A DNA stretch of 64,000 nucleotides from Octopus vulgaris (GCA_951406725.2 OX597824.1:15996001-16060000); one strand, 5' to 3'; numbered from the stretch's first letter, positions 42,157 through 56,151 are shown. Notes: generated by a model not told the origin, from the sequence alone. Numbers and translations: made by a program.

Positions 42157-42835
42157 TAGAACTTTTAGCACGAGAGATGATGAAGAAAACATGATGGCCC
42201 TCTGGAGGACATTTGTCCTAAGTCGCTTTAACTGTTGCTCCCAGCTATAGTCACCAGCCAGTATAAGATTAATTGCAGAACTTGAGGCAATCAAACGAAG
42301 CTACACGAAGAAGATAAACTCTATGTAGCTTATAAGCTACTGGGAAAGACTCAAGAGATCGAGACTCTATTCTCTACAGTGTAGGCGGGTAAGATGTACC
42401 ATAATATACATCTAGAAGATTCTAGAGGGACTTGTCTCAAACTTTGGTATCGAGAGTTACACTAATGCTAGAACACGGTGTCATTGCACTGCGCCAAAGG
42501 CTCCAGCTTTGCCATCAAGGTATAAGACAAGATATTGCAACAGTCTGGGCTTTAAAGGCCCACAGCACTTCAATATCCTCACAAAGGACCTGAGAGATCT
42601 ACATGGGGTGGATGTGTCTTCAAAACGAAACTAGACCTCTTACAGGCAAGTGTCCCAAATGAACCAACTTCACAGTAGGAAGTATAGATGCGGACAGCGG
42701 CATCAAACTCGGTCATGCACCAAACGGCAATTTCTAAAAAGAATTAGTGAAGTAAAATTATGTAGCAACATCAAATGGCGGTGCCCCAGCATGGCCACAG
42801 CTCATTAACTGAAAGTAGGTAAAATGAAATGAAAT
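42147..42835 (+). mobile_element. 5'-truncated CR1-group LINE with complete 3' tail (relative of 47973-48916)
   Basis: MMALWRTFVLSRFNCCSQL..ELEAIKRSYTKKI; nucleotide similarity to inverted 47973-48580; tail ends (TGAAA)n. Confidence 0.85.
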
Positions 42836-42855
42836 CAAAATATATATATATTCGA

Positions 42856-42928
<73 letters not shown>

Positions 42929-42931
42929 TAT

Positions 42932-43011
<80 letters not shown>

Positions 43012-43019
43012 ATATGATA

Positions 43020-43210
43020 GATCGTTAGCCACTACACACATTTTTTCTCTCCTTGTTTCTCTCCTTATTTTTTCTGTGTACCTTTCTGTAGAAGAGAGTA
43101 GGCTCGAAACGTAAAAGAATTTTTCTATTCCTGAGCGTTATACTCATACATCTGTTTGTTTTGTGCACCACCTGTCTCTGTCTTCGTCTTTTGTTTTCTT
43201 CGTAAACTCT

Positions 43211-43215
<5 letters not shown>
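43020..43215 (+). mobile_element. PLE-like short element with variant hammerhead (43082-43117)
   Basis: CTTT-CTGTAGA-a-GAGAGTAGGCTC-GAAAC-GTA-AAAG; near-identical to 52075-52230; ends in (TA)n. Confidence 0.7.
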
Positions 43216-43247
<32 letters not shown>

Positions 43248-43577
43248 TATGTATGTATGTATGTATGCGTGTGTTAATGTTTCCTTATGTACGTATGCAT
43301 ATAAATTTTTTTCTAGAATTAGTCACAGTGTCTTTTTATACAAACACATGCACACATGTGACACCCACCACCTCTACCACCACCGCACACGTATATCACC
43401 TGTATGTCTATATCAGTTTTAATGGAATATATTTATTATTTTATTATTTGACACGATTCGTAGTGAATTGACTTACTGACTTCAAGTTCCCTTTACTCAC
43501 CTGTGTTGACGAGTACCGAAAGCGATAGGAAAAATATTTTCACAATATATATGCGAATGTGCTTGTGCGTGTGTGTA

Positions 43578-43618
<41 letters not shown>

Positions 43619-43628
43619 GTATATATAC

Positions 43629-43685
<57 letters not shown>

Positions 43686-43950
43686 TATATACCTACATAT
43701 ATATATATATGTTTATATATCTAAAGAAATATATATTTATATGAACATACATACATACAAATATATATATGTATGTTTATATATATACATACATATATAT
43801 AAATACATTATACACACACACTCACACACATACATATATAGTGAAGGAATGAATATGACAATGCCGTTTTTTTTTTATCTGCAGTGCCCCGCCAAAATAT
43901 TTCACACGCAAAATATAAATCTTGAATACTTTGGCAGAAAGTTCCAGAAT

Positions 43951-44042
<92 letters not shown>

Positions 44043-44293
44043 GATTATTATTATTATCATCATCATCATCATCATTATTATTTTTCGTTCTCTTCTTAGT
44101 TCTTTCTCCCTGCAATAAGTTTTTTCGTTTCATTCCTTCACTATTCCTCTAAATTATTCATCGCGTACCTTTTTTTTTTTTTCACTTGTGCTTCACCTCC
44201 AATATACTGTCAATTTTTTTGTTGTCTTTTCTTTTCTCTACCTTTCTTTAATTTGCATGCTTTCTTTTTCTTAATATACATGTGTGTATGAGC

Positions 44294-44342
<49 letters not shown>

Positions 44343-44708
44343 AGAAAGAAAGAGTTTGTGTCAGCGTCCGTGTGTTTGTGTGTATAAGCGTTTGTACATT
44401 TTATTTTTTTTTTACAAAAAAATATTTTTTTAATGTTTTCTCTAAGCCCAAGCACTTTTCCAAAAGAATATGTCCATTAGTTTTTTGAACCGTGACACAT
44501 AAAACACCTTTCATTAGCCATTTTTATTACTTGTATATGTGTTTCATTTTGCTTCTATGTCTTTGGGTTTAATGTTTGCTTTCATGTTTGTGTTTTCTTT
44601 AAAGCTACTTAGCATACGACTATTTCCTCCCATAAAACACTGCGCTAACAACCACATACACACATGCATCCAGCCATGCATACACACACACACACACACA
44701 CATGTATG

Positions 44709-44746
<38 letters not shown>

Positions 44747-44896
44747 CATACGTACATATACCTGCATGCATACATATATATACATACCTGCATAGATACT
44801 TACATATAAATATAAGCATACATACATGCAAACACACACACACACACATATATATAGTAGCATACCTATGCGTGCATATATACATACAAACATATA

Positions 44897-44970
<74 letters not shown>

Positions 44971-45835
44971 TATGTTTATATATATATATATGTATCATCA
45001 TCATGTGTGATTATTATATATATATTATTATTATTATATATTATTATCATTATTATTATATATTATTATGATTATTATTATTATCATCATCATCATCATA
45101 TTATGTTAATTTGATGCGTATGCGTGTGCGTACGTGTGTGTGTGTGTGTGGGGGGGTACATGTGTGTATTTGTGCGTGTGTGTGTTTGTATATTTGTGCA
45201 CGCGGTTGAGTATGGATGTGCGCTTGCGTGCGTGTGTGTCTGATTTTGTGTGCTCGCATCTGCATGTGGGTATGCGCGTCTATTTGTTTTTGTGTGTGTA
45301 TGATTACGTGTGTGTATGCGTGTGTGCGTGTGGGTATGTGTGCATGCGCGCGCGTGTGTGTGTGTGTGTGTGTGTGTGTTGATATTTTTTTGGTAAATAA
45401 ATTGTGAAGAGGTCAACTGTAAAAGTTTCCAAGATTTCGGCGATAAACGCATGAAGAGGCATTCTATTCATTTGGAGAAGCGATCAGCAGTTAGATTATT
45501 AGCTAAATAACAAAACAGACAAAGAAATAAACAAAAAAATAAACAGAAAGAAAAAAAAGAAGGAAACTCACAAACAATCAAAGAGAAACTAAAGGACACT
45601 TCAATGGAAACGAAGTCCTTCAACATTAAACTTTCTCTGATGATAATCTTTTGAAAGCATTGTTTCAAAAAAATCGGAATCAGAAACAATTATGATGATA
45701 ACAGACAATAACAAATACGAACAACAACTATGATGATGCTAATGATGATGATGGTGGTGGTGGTGATGATGATGATGACGATGACGATGATAATAATAAT
45801 AACAATAATAATGTCGGTGAACACAAACATAAAGT

Positions 45836-45883
<48 letters not shown>

Positions 45884-46100
45884 TTGGTTCATCTAATACC
45901 TGACTAAAGGTGTTTGTCCATTGTTTTCAAAGTTAAACAACTGTAAGATAGAAAGAAATAGCATCACAAAAAAAAGAAATGAAAAATACCCCCCACCTAA
46001 AAAATAAACCACGTACAGAAGTATAAAAAAAAATCCGCAACCAAAAGAACATTATAAACGAAGGAAACCAAAGTAGTGTTCTGATTGGCTAGTTTGTTTG

Positions 46101-46276
46101 TATATATTATTTATTTATAAGATTATCTACCTATTTATTTATTCATTTATTGGTATTACAATACCTGCATGCATACATATATATACATACCTGCATAGAT
46201 ACTTACATATAAATATAAGCATACATACATGCAAACACACACAAGAAAAAGCAAGTTCTGTAAAAAATGTAAGGTG

Positions 46277-46343
<67 letters not shown>

Positions 46344-46357
46344 CATACATACATATA

Positions 46358-46411
<54 letters not shown>

Positions 46412-46485
46412 TATATGTATGTATGTATATATATATATATACATATATATATGTATGTATGTATATATATACATACATACATATA

Positions 46486-46544
<59 letters not shown>

Positions 46545-47300
46545 GTATATATATATGTATATGTATGCATGGATACATGGAAACGGACGTAGGTACATAG
46601 ATAAAGATAGAGAGGTGAATAGAGAAGACTGAGTGTGATAGAGAGTGATAGGGAGAGAGAGAGAAAAGAAGAAGAAAGAGGGAGTCAGATTGAGCCAGAG
46701 GGAAAGCGTGAAAAGGGATGGGGAGCAGAAAAAGACCTGAAAAGCTAGGAAGAGTTGATAAAAAAAAATTGAGTGGAGATTAGTGAAAGTCAAACAGCAG
46801 CAGAAGATGTGAGTGAAAAAAATATGTCCGGACATTTGACGATAACAAGTTAGAGAAGGACAGAGAGTTGCGTAGACACAGAAATATGGAGAGAGAGAAA
46901 AAAAAAAGAAGAATGAGAGAGAGGAGAGGGAAAGGAAGAGAGATAGGGAGAGAGAGAGAGAAAGAGTGAGAGAGCGTGAGAGATACAGAGAGCGAGAGAG
47001 GAAGAAGAGAAAGAAGGTGAACATGAAAGTTTGATGAGAGAATGAAAGAAAAAGTACGAGATGGGTACTCACGCACAAACACAGACGTACACAACATATA
47101 CACGCACATACACAAACACAGACACACACACAGACACAAATACATTCTTACAAATACTCACTAACATAAAGATATATATACTCACATGCGTTACTGTATC
47201 TATATATATATATATTTGAATGATATACGTTATCTGTCTATCTAACTATCTCTCCATCTATACACAGACGCACACCCATATACATACACACACACACACA

Positions 47301-47343
<43 letters not shown>

Positions 47344-47612
47344 GCATGTATGTATATATTATTTATTTATAAGATTATCTACCTATTTATTTATTCATTT
47401 ATTGGTATTACAATTTGTTTGTTTATTAATATTTATTATTATTATTATTATTATTATTGTTAGCATATTTTTTTTTTTTGGCGGGGGGGTGTTCAGAGAA
47501 TTTTCTCAATTCAAAAATGGCAACCTAAATGTCTCGTTATTTTCGTTTTATGGCAGAAAGAATAGGAAGAAGACAAAACAAAGAGAAAAAAGCAGTTCTG
47601 TAAAAATGTAAG

Positions 47613-47647
<35 letters not shown>

Positions 47648-47680
47648 CATACATACATATATATATATGTATATATATAT

Positions 47681-47741
<61 letters not shown>

Positions 47742-47838
47742 TATATGTATGTATGTATATATATATATACATATATATATGTATGTATGTATATATATAC
47801 ATACATACATCATATATATGTATATATATATATATATC

Positions 47839-47872
<34 letters not shown>

Positions 47873-47972
47873 GATATGATATGTATATGTATGCATGGAT
47901 ACATGGAAACGGACAGGTACATAGATAAAGATAGAGCCATGAATAGAGAAGACTGAGTGTGATAGAGAGTGA
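46101..47972 (+). repeat. Local mosaic direct duplication (~46101-46650 vs ~47352-47972)
   Basis: Three unique blocks recur in order; 46161-46241 is instead a copy of 44758-44840. Confidence 0.85.
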
Positions 47973-48916
47973 TACTTCACGAGAGAGCTTTTTAGCAACT
48001 GCCATTTGGTGAAGAGAGTTCGAGTCAGCTGCCCTCATCTGAGGAAAGCCGTGAAAAGTTGGTTCATCTGGGACACCCGACAGGAAGAGATCCAGTTTCA
48101 TTTTAAAGACATCTGCATCCACACCATGCAGGTCTCTCAGGTTCTTCGGGAGGATATTGAAGAGCTGTGGGCCTCGGAAGCCCAGGCTATCACAGTATCT
48201 TGTCCTACATCTTGATGGCAAATTTGAGTCCTAGGCACCACGCAGTGGCGCCCAATTCTGGCATTTGTGTAACTCTCGATGCCAAAGTTTGGGACACGTC
48301 CCTCCAGGATCTTCCAGATGTATATTATGGCATATCTTTCCCGCCTACGCTCCAAGGAATATAGTTTTAATCTCTTGAGTCTTTCCCAGTAGCTTACATT
48401 CTGCATAGAGGCTATCTTCTTCGTGTAGCTACGCTGGATCGCCTCGAGCTCTGTGATCAACTTGACACTGGATGGTGACCATAACTGAGAGCAATAGTCA
48501 AAGTGGCTTAGGACAAGTGTCCTCCAGAGGACCATCATGGTTTCTTGTTCTCTTGTTCTAAAGGTTCTGAGAATCCATCCGGCCAGTCGTCTACATTTCA
48601 TTGCCAATTTAGCAACATGTACACGAAAGGTTGCGTCATCACTCATGTAAATACCCAGGTCACGCACTGATTGTGCCTCTGGGATTGCTATTCCTCCGGG
48701 TCCAGTGTATTCATTGGGTATTGCATTTAGTTTTGCATGCTGATAGTATAAAGCTTGAAACTTTTCAGCATTGAACTGCATGCTATTCTTTTCAGCCCAC
48801 TTGTATATTTTGTCCAGCTCACATTGCAGGCGTTTAGTGTCCTCAGAGTTCTGTATTGCCTGTGAAACTTTTGTATCATCTGCATAACTTGTGATCGTGG
48901 TTCTCTGCGTGGCTGA
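47973..48916 (-). mobile_element. CR1-group LINE ORF2 3' part (RT from YADD to C-terminus), relatively young
   Basis: Open frame SYADDTKV..WAEKNSMQFNAEKFQ..VRDLGIYM..LYSLERRRERY; one frameshift near 48220 to [10 protein letters not shown]; truncated at both ends. Confidence 0.92.
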
Positions 48917-49399
48917 TATATGTATATATATATACATTCATATGTAAATATATATATATATATATATATATCGGAAGGATATATATATATCCTTATAATA
49001 TATATATATCCTTAAAAATGTTTTAGCCCGAAGGCCGCGGCCATTCTGGGGTACAGTGTGCATACCCTCGTCTTAATCACCTGTATCATATATTACGATT
49101 GATATCCCTCTATATTATTGTGCAATTATGCATTAATATATGTACGTATGTTTATGGACGCTACATCGCTATGAGTGCATATGTGTTCATATCTTCCACA
49201 ATATTCACAAACCCTTCCAAAAATATAAATGCATACACATACTATATGTATTAATATATATATATATATACACCTACTATAGAAACAAACCTACTGGCCC
49301 GCGTTGCTCCACTTGTTTAAAGTTGTCCTTTTCTTGTAGTTACATTCACATTTTCTGCTCAGTGTCATTTTAATATAGATGTACAATATATGCGTGTTA

Positions 49400-49453
<54 letters not shown>

Positions 49454-49458
49454 TATAC

Positions 49459-49567
<109 letters not shown>

Positions 49568-49586
49568 CACACACATTTATATATAT

Positions 49587-49724
49587 AGGCGTAGGAGTGG
49601 CTGTGTGGTAAGTAGTTTGCATAGTTTGCGTGGCACCTTGGGCAAGTGTCTTCTACTATAGCCTCAGGCCGACCAAAGACTTGTGAGTAGATTTGGTAGA
49701 CGGAAACTGAAACAAGCCAGTCGT

Positions 49725-49767
<43 letters not shown>

Positions 49768-50080
49768 GGTGCGTGTACATGTTTGTGTGTCTGGTTTTGT
49801 CCTCCCAACATCGCTTGACAACCGATGTTGGTGTGTTTACGTCCCCGTAACTTAGCGGTTCGGCAAAAGAGATCGATAGAATAAGTGCTAAGCTTACAAA
49901 GAATAAGTTCTGGGTTGATTTGTTCGACCAAGGCGGTGAGTAGATTTGGTAGACGGAAACTGAAAGAAGCCCGTCGTATATATATATATGTATATGTTTT
50001 TGTGTCTGTGTTTGTCCCCCCTCAACATCGCTTGACAACCGATGCTGGTGTGATTACGTCCCCGTAACTTAGCGGTTTGA
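49587..50080 (+). mobile_element. SINE B plus a tandem internal partial duplicate (49937-50080)
   Basis: GTGAGTAGATTTGGTAGACGG..TAACTTAGCGGTT segment occurs twice; tail missing. Confidence 0.85.
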
Positions 50081-50100
50081 CAATATATATATATATGTAA

Positions 50101-50176
<76 letters not shown>

Positions 50177-50312
50177 GTCTGTCTGCCTGTCTGTCCTTCT
50201 ATCTGTGTATAAATTCGCGCGTGTCTTCGCGAACTTTTTGTTGCAACAATGGTGGCTATTTAAAAATAGAAAGAAACGCATTAAACTTTCAGTGACTAAA
50301 TTCTTCAAATAT

Positions 50313-50354
<42 letters not shown>

Positions 50355-50726
50355 ACACACATATATATGGACACTTACGTTTGTTTATATAGAAACCTAA
50401 GTCAAAAAAGTGACGAAGTTGAATTAACAGTGTTGGAAGACTTTAAGTTTCACACAACCATTATGTTGAGATTTAAGGGAATGTAATAAAAAATAAACTA
50501 CGATGTTGTCATCTGATTGGTTGTTATTTGAATTACTTTGTTTACAGTCATAACGGACATGTTAGATTAATGTATGGCATTTTCACTTTGGAACAGTAAA
50601 CAATAATACTAGTCTGTGATGCAGCAATGCGCAGACACATACGCTCGTACAAAGATGCACGCATGCACACATCTACGTTCGTGTACACAGAAACACATTC
50701 TATCACACGTACAGGTATATACATGC

Positions 50727-50771
<45 letters not shown>

Positions 50772-50872
50772 GACCAGCGATGTGTAACAACATCTGATGG
50801 TCTGGTCGGTCACGTAATGATAATAATAATAATAATAATGATATATATATATATATTATTATTATTATTATT

Positions 50873-51095
50873 ACGTGACCGACCAGACCATCAGATGTTG
50901 TTACACATCGCTGGTCACAATGCGTTCGCATTGTTTTAGCCTTCGAATGACGCCACCCCAGAAGAAAGAGTGGGAGAAAGAGTGGTAAGAGAGTACACCA
51001 GGGATCACCTCTCCCTGCCGGAGCCTCGAGGAGCTTCGAGGTGTTTTCGCTCAATAAACACTCACAACGCCCGGTCTGGGAATCGAAACCGCGAT
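50873..51095 (-). mobile_element. SINE family C, tail variant 3, 5'-truncated
   Basis: 50990-51095 matches C; tail ..GACCAGCGATGTGTAACAACATCTGATGGTCTGGTCGGTCACGT differs from other C copies. Confidence 0.8.
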
Positions 51096-51476
51096 CGGTC
51101 GCACGCACATAGTGTATAGATTTTATTTACGAAACGAAATGGAACGCTGTTCCTGGATTCGCATCATATCGAAAAGAAGGGAATCATTGGTTTGAGCTTA
51201 TTTTCAAATAAAGTGAAGTCTATTTGCTGATGTGCTGCGGCGTAGCAGAATTTTAAGAAAATTTAAATTACGAATCAAACGCATCGCTCTGTGATCCGAT
51301 TACATGGTATTGATAAGACACAATAATGGCGAATAATCGCTATCCAGCATCTTCGGTCATCTGAGGTGAGTGGCCTCTCTTGGTCTGAGACATTCGTTAT
51401 ACTTTAACACACAGCGTCGTGTAGGAATATTTCCCTGGACTGTAGCCTGCAGCAAATAAACGTATGTATGTGCAAC

Positions 51477-51865
51477 TCTTTTACTTGTTTCAGTCATTTG
51501 ACTGCGGCCATGCTGGAGCACCGCCTTTAGTCGAGCAAATCGACCCCGGGACTTATTCTTTGTAAGCCCAGTACTTATTCTATCGGTCTCTTTTGCTAAG
51601 TGACGGGGACGTAAACACACCAGCATCGGTTGTCAAGCAATGCTAGAGGGACAAACACGCACACACAAACACACACACATATATATATATACACATATAT
51701 ACGACAGGCTTCTTTCAGTTTCCGTCTACCAAATCCACTCACAAGGCATTGGTCGACCCGGTGCTATAGCAGAAGGTACTTGCCCAAGATGCCACGCAGT
51801 GGGACTGAACCCGGAACCATGTGGTTGGTTAGCAAGCTACTTACCACACAGCCACTCCTGCGCCT
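51477..51865 (-). mobile_element. SINE family B, full length
   Basis: Near-identical to 6828-7229. Confidence 0.9.
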
Positions 51866-52074
51866 ACTGATAAACTGATAATGTTTATATGACTAGAAGT
51901 TCTTTTAATTCGTAATGAACGACGGGCTTTCCTGCAACAAAATCTACTCACACAGTTTTGGCCAGTCAAGGTTTATAGAAAAAGAAGCAGGCCCAAGGTG
52001 CTACCAGTCAGACTCACTCAAAGTCTATGTAGTTGGACATTCTATTTACCACACTACTATGCTGATATATATAT

Positions 52075-52560
52075 TTTTTGTCTCCTTGTTTCTCTCCTTG
52101 TTTCTTTTTCTGTAGAAGAGCGTAGGCTCGAAACGTAAAAGACTTTTTCTATTCCTGAGCATTACTAATACATCTGTGTGTTTTGTACACCACCTGTCTT
52201 CGTCTTTTGTTTTTTTCGTAAACTCTCCCTATATATATATATATATATTTATCAAATTGAAATAATATGCAAGAATTTATACCTCTCTCTCTCTCTAAAT
52301 ACAAGCACACACACATATACACACACGTACACATATAGACACACGTACACACACACACACACACACACACCCACACACACACATATTTCCCACTCCGTAT
52401 TTTTGATTTCTCTCCGTGTTTTGCCTTTTAATCCTTTCTGTCGAAGAGCGTAGGCCCGAAACGTCAAAGACTTTTCTATTCATCCTGAACGTTAAACTTA
52501 TGCACCTGGTTCTTGTTCCCTCACCTGTCTTCGCCTCTTGTTTTTTTTTTGCAAATCTGA
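52075..52560 (+). mobile_element. Two neighbouring PLE-like elements, each with a variant hammerhead (cores at 52110 and 52438)
   Basis: CTGTAGA-aGAGCgtagGCTC-GAAACGTA-AAAG and CTGTCGA-aGAGCgtagGCCC-GAAACGTC-AAAG. Confidence 0.7.
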
Positions 52561-52709
52561 ACCACACACACACACACACACACACATCCGTATGTATGTA
52601 TTATGCATTTTCCATTATATATTTATTTATCCATATATACACATTTACTTCTATACAAACATTCTTTCCCTCGCACACGCATACGTTCACACACACACAT
52701 ACACACACA

Positions 52710-52804
<95 letters not shown>

Positions 52805-53339
52805 TTACCACCTGTTGGAGTATGCTCTGTAATGTTAAAACTTAATATTTTCGGAATCATACCATTGTACCACTAGTAAAAAGAAAGAAAGAAAAAGCAT
52901 AATTATAAATAAAGAACTGGAAATAATGATTCTGAGAAAGAAAAATCACACATGTGTGAAACTAAAAAAATATTCATTAACTCCGTAAATAACAAAATAA
53001 TTATCTTTCAATTCCGAGTAAATTTTCTCAAATTGTATAAAAAAATAAATGAATAAAATGTAACGAAAATGAATTTAAATGTTTTCGTATTGTTTTTATC
53101 CTCCCATAATCCTCCCTCCTTTGTTCTCTCGCTCGTCTTACTTTCTATGTTTATATGTTTATTTTCCTTCAGTGCTTCCATAGATTATTAAATCAATGAC
53201 TGTTAGTTTGTTTTTAAGTAGGTACAATTAATGTTTTTAACTTAGATTAGTGTCGTCGTAGTCATCAGCCAAGATATTCAATTTCGAAAGCAAGGGAAAA
53301 TTCTTCAGGTAGGTCTATTTGATTATTTAAGGCTGCTAA

Positions 53340-53355
53340 TTGTTGTTGTTGTTGC

Positions 53356-53386
<31 letters not shown>

Positions 53387-53635
53387 TTTCTTCTTCTTTT
53401 TCTTCTTCTTCTTCTTCTTCTTCTTCTCTCCTCCACTCCCCTTCTTCTCTTCTTCTTTCTCTTCTTCATCTTCCTCCCCTCTTCTTCCTCTTCTTCTTTT
53501 TCTTCTTCTTTTTCTTCTTCTTCTTCTTCTTCCCCCTCTTCTTCTTCTCTTCTTCTTTCTCTTCTTCATCTTCCTTCCTCTCTTCTACTTTTTCGTATTC
53601 TTCCTTCTCTTCTTCATCTTCCTCCTCACTTCTTC
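53340..53635. repeat. (TTC)n degenerate microsatellite
   Basis: Direct inspection. Confidence 0.9.
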
Positions 53636-53792
53636 GTTTTTGAACCTTATTGGTTTCTCATCAGAGGCGTCCGCATCATTCTGACAGTCTCTAGAGAAAC
53701 AAGCAGTCAAACTGTATATATACTCAACAAATGTAGCAGTTACACTATGAAGGAGTCCCTAATTTGCATAGGTCTACCGTTATCAATACCTA

Positions 53793-54024
53793 TTTCTTTA
53801 CTACCCACAAGGGGCTAAACAGAGAGGGGACAAACAAGGACAGACAAACGGATTAAGTCGATTAAATCGACTCCAGTGCGTAACTGGTACTTAATTTATC
53901 GACTCCGAAAGGATGAAAGGCAAAGTTGACCTCGACGGAATTTGAACTCAGAACGTAACGGCAGACGAAATACGGCTACGCATTTCGCCCGGCGTGCTAA
54001 CGTTTCCGCCAGCTCACCGCCTTC
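53793..54024 (-). mobile_element. SINE family A, full length with 16-bp TSD
   Basis: TSD CCGTTATCAATACCTA at 53777-53792 and 54025-54040. Confidence 0.93.
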
Positions 54025-54626
54025 CCGTTATCAATACCTACCTGCGATTTTTGAGTGTTTTTCCTCAAAAATTGGCTGGAAATCCTTTTGCATTCATCTC
54101 TCTCTCCCTGATGGATACAGCCACAATCAGCCGGGAACTGCTAAAGAATCAGTTTGACTGCAAACATCGGCTACAGAATACGGTCTCGCAGAAATCAATA
54201 AACATGACTTTAGGAAGTAGCTGAAATAAAGATTGTTTTCTTCTATAGGAACAAAACCTGATTGTAACCTGTTCTGCTCCGCCTACTCCAATAATTCCCT
54301 GATAATGCGGCCTACTTAATTGTATAGTCCATTGATAAAGATTTCTCTTCTGAATGCATTCAGTTTTAAGAGGATCTAACATTTAGCAGTATAGTACTAA
54401 AGAACTGAGTAAAAGACACAAAGGGGTAATTTAATGGGAATTTACTGATTTTTCTTCCTGTATTGTAAACTGATAATATTGGTATTGTTACAATCAAAAT
54501 TGGTTTCGATTATACAATGAAGATATATTCGTATTCTAATTACCAACAGCTTATAAAATAGATTCCAAATAGCGAAATATAACGCAAAGCAGTCTTTAGT
54601 TATAATTCCGAATTGAAGCTGCACAT

Positions 54627-54992
54627 GTGTGGAAGCACTCCGTCGGTAACGACGACGAGGGTTCCGGTTGATCCGAATCAACGGAACAGCCTGCTCGTGA
54701 AATTAACGTGTAAGTGGCAGAGCACTCCACAGACACGTGTACCCTTAACGTAGTTCTCGGGGATATTCAGCGTGACACAGAGAGTGACAAAGCCGGCCCT
54801 TTGAAATACAGGTACAACAGAAACAGGAAGTAAGAGTGAGAGAAAGTTGTGGTGAAATAGTACAGCAGGGATCACCACCACCCCCTGCCGGAGCCTCGTG
54901 GAGCTTTAGGTGTTTTCGCTCAATAAACACTCACAACGCCCGGTCCTAGAACCGCGAGTCCGCTGCCCTAACCACTGGGCCATTACGCCTAC
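54627..54992 (-). mobile_element. SINE family C (tail variant 1) with 12-bp TSD
   Basis: TSD GAAGCTGCACAT at 54615-54626 and 54993-55004; box B region deleted. Confidence 0.92.
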
Positions 54993-55207
54993 GAAGCTGC
55001 ACATATCTAAGTATCTAATGGTACATATACATACATTTTGAACAATAAGAATGAATGCTCAACAACGCATTAGTAGATAAAAATTCTTTTGGAATAAAAC
55101 ACGAGCTTTAATCCAAAATGGAGACGAACACCATTCCACTATGTGATCGGCTTGAAAAGTTGTTAAGATGATAAAATAGTTTCTTAGCAGGAAAACAATG
55201 GTAACGT

Positions 55208-55304
55208 TGTGGCATCTTGGGCAAGTGTCTTCTGCTATAGCCCCGGGCCGACCAATGCCTTGTGAGTGGATTTGGTAGACGGAAACTGAAAGAAGCCTGT
55301 CGTA

Positions 55305-55347
<43 letters not shown>

Positions 55348-55575
55348 ATGTGTGTGTGTGTGTTTGTGTGTCTGTGTTTGTTCCCCTAGCATTGCTTGAC
55401 AACCGATGCTGGTGTGTTTACGTTCTCGTCACTTAGCGGTTCGGCAAAAAGAGACCGATAGAATAAGTACTGGGCTTACAAAAAGAATCAGTCCCGGGGT
55501 CGAGTTGCTCGACTAAAGGCGGTGCTCCAGCATGGCCGCAGTCAAATGACTGAAATAAGTAAAAGAGTAAAAGAG

Positions 55576-55658
<83 letters not shown>

Positions 55659-56130
55659 TTTACTTGTGTGTTATGGTCACCCTTGGTTTCATGCTACGAA
55701 ACTATATAGGCGTAGCAGTGACTGTGTGGTATGTAGCTTGCTAATGAACCACATGGTTCCGGTTTCAGTCCCACTGCGTAGTACCTATTATAACCTCGGG
55801 CCGACCAAAGCCTTGTGCGCGGATTTGGTAAACGGAAACTGAAAGAAACCCGTCGTATATATGTATATATATATATATATATAAATATGTATATATATAC
55901 ATATGTATTTGTGTGTGTATATGTCTGTGTTTGTCCCCCATCCCATCATCGCTTGACAACCGATGTTGGTGTGTTTACGTCCCCATAACTTAGCGGTTCG
56001 GCAAAAGAGACCGATAGAATAAGTACTAGGCTTACTAAGAATAAATCCTGGGGTTGATTTGTTCGCTTAAAGGTGGTGCTACAGCATAGCCGCAGTCGAA
56101 TGGCTGAAACAAGTAAAAGAGTAAAAGAGT
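55208..56130 (+). mobile_element. Two SINE B copies (55208-55575 5'-truncated; 55707-56130)
   Basis: Family B body and tail in both. Confidence 0.88.
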
Positions 56131-56151
56131 ATACAGACAGACAGACAGACA

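Noticed and set aside
46080-46092. CTGATTGGCT Y-box upstream of a GA-rich tract as a promoter
   Set aside because: Single short motif next to a duplication junction; no downstream gene visible.
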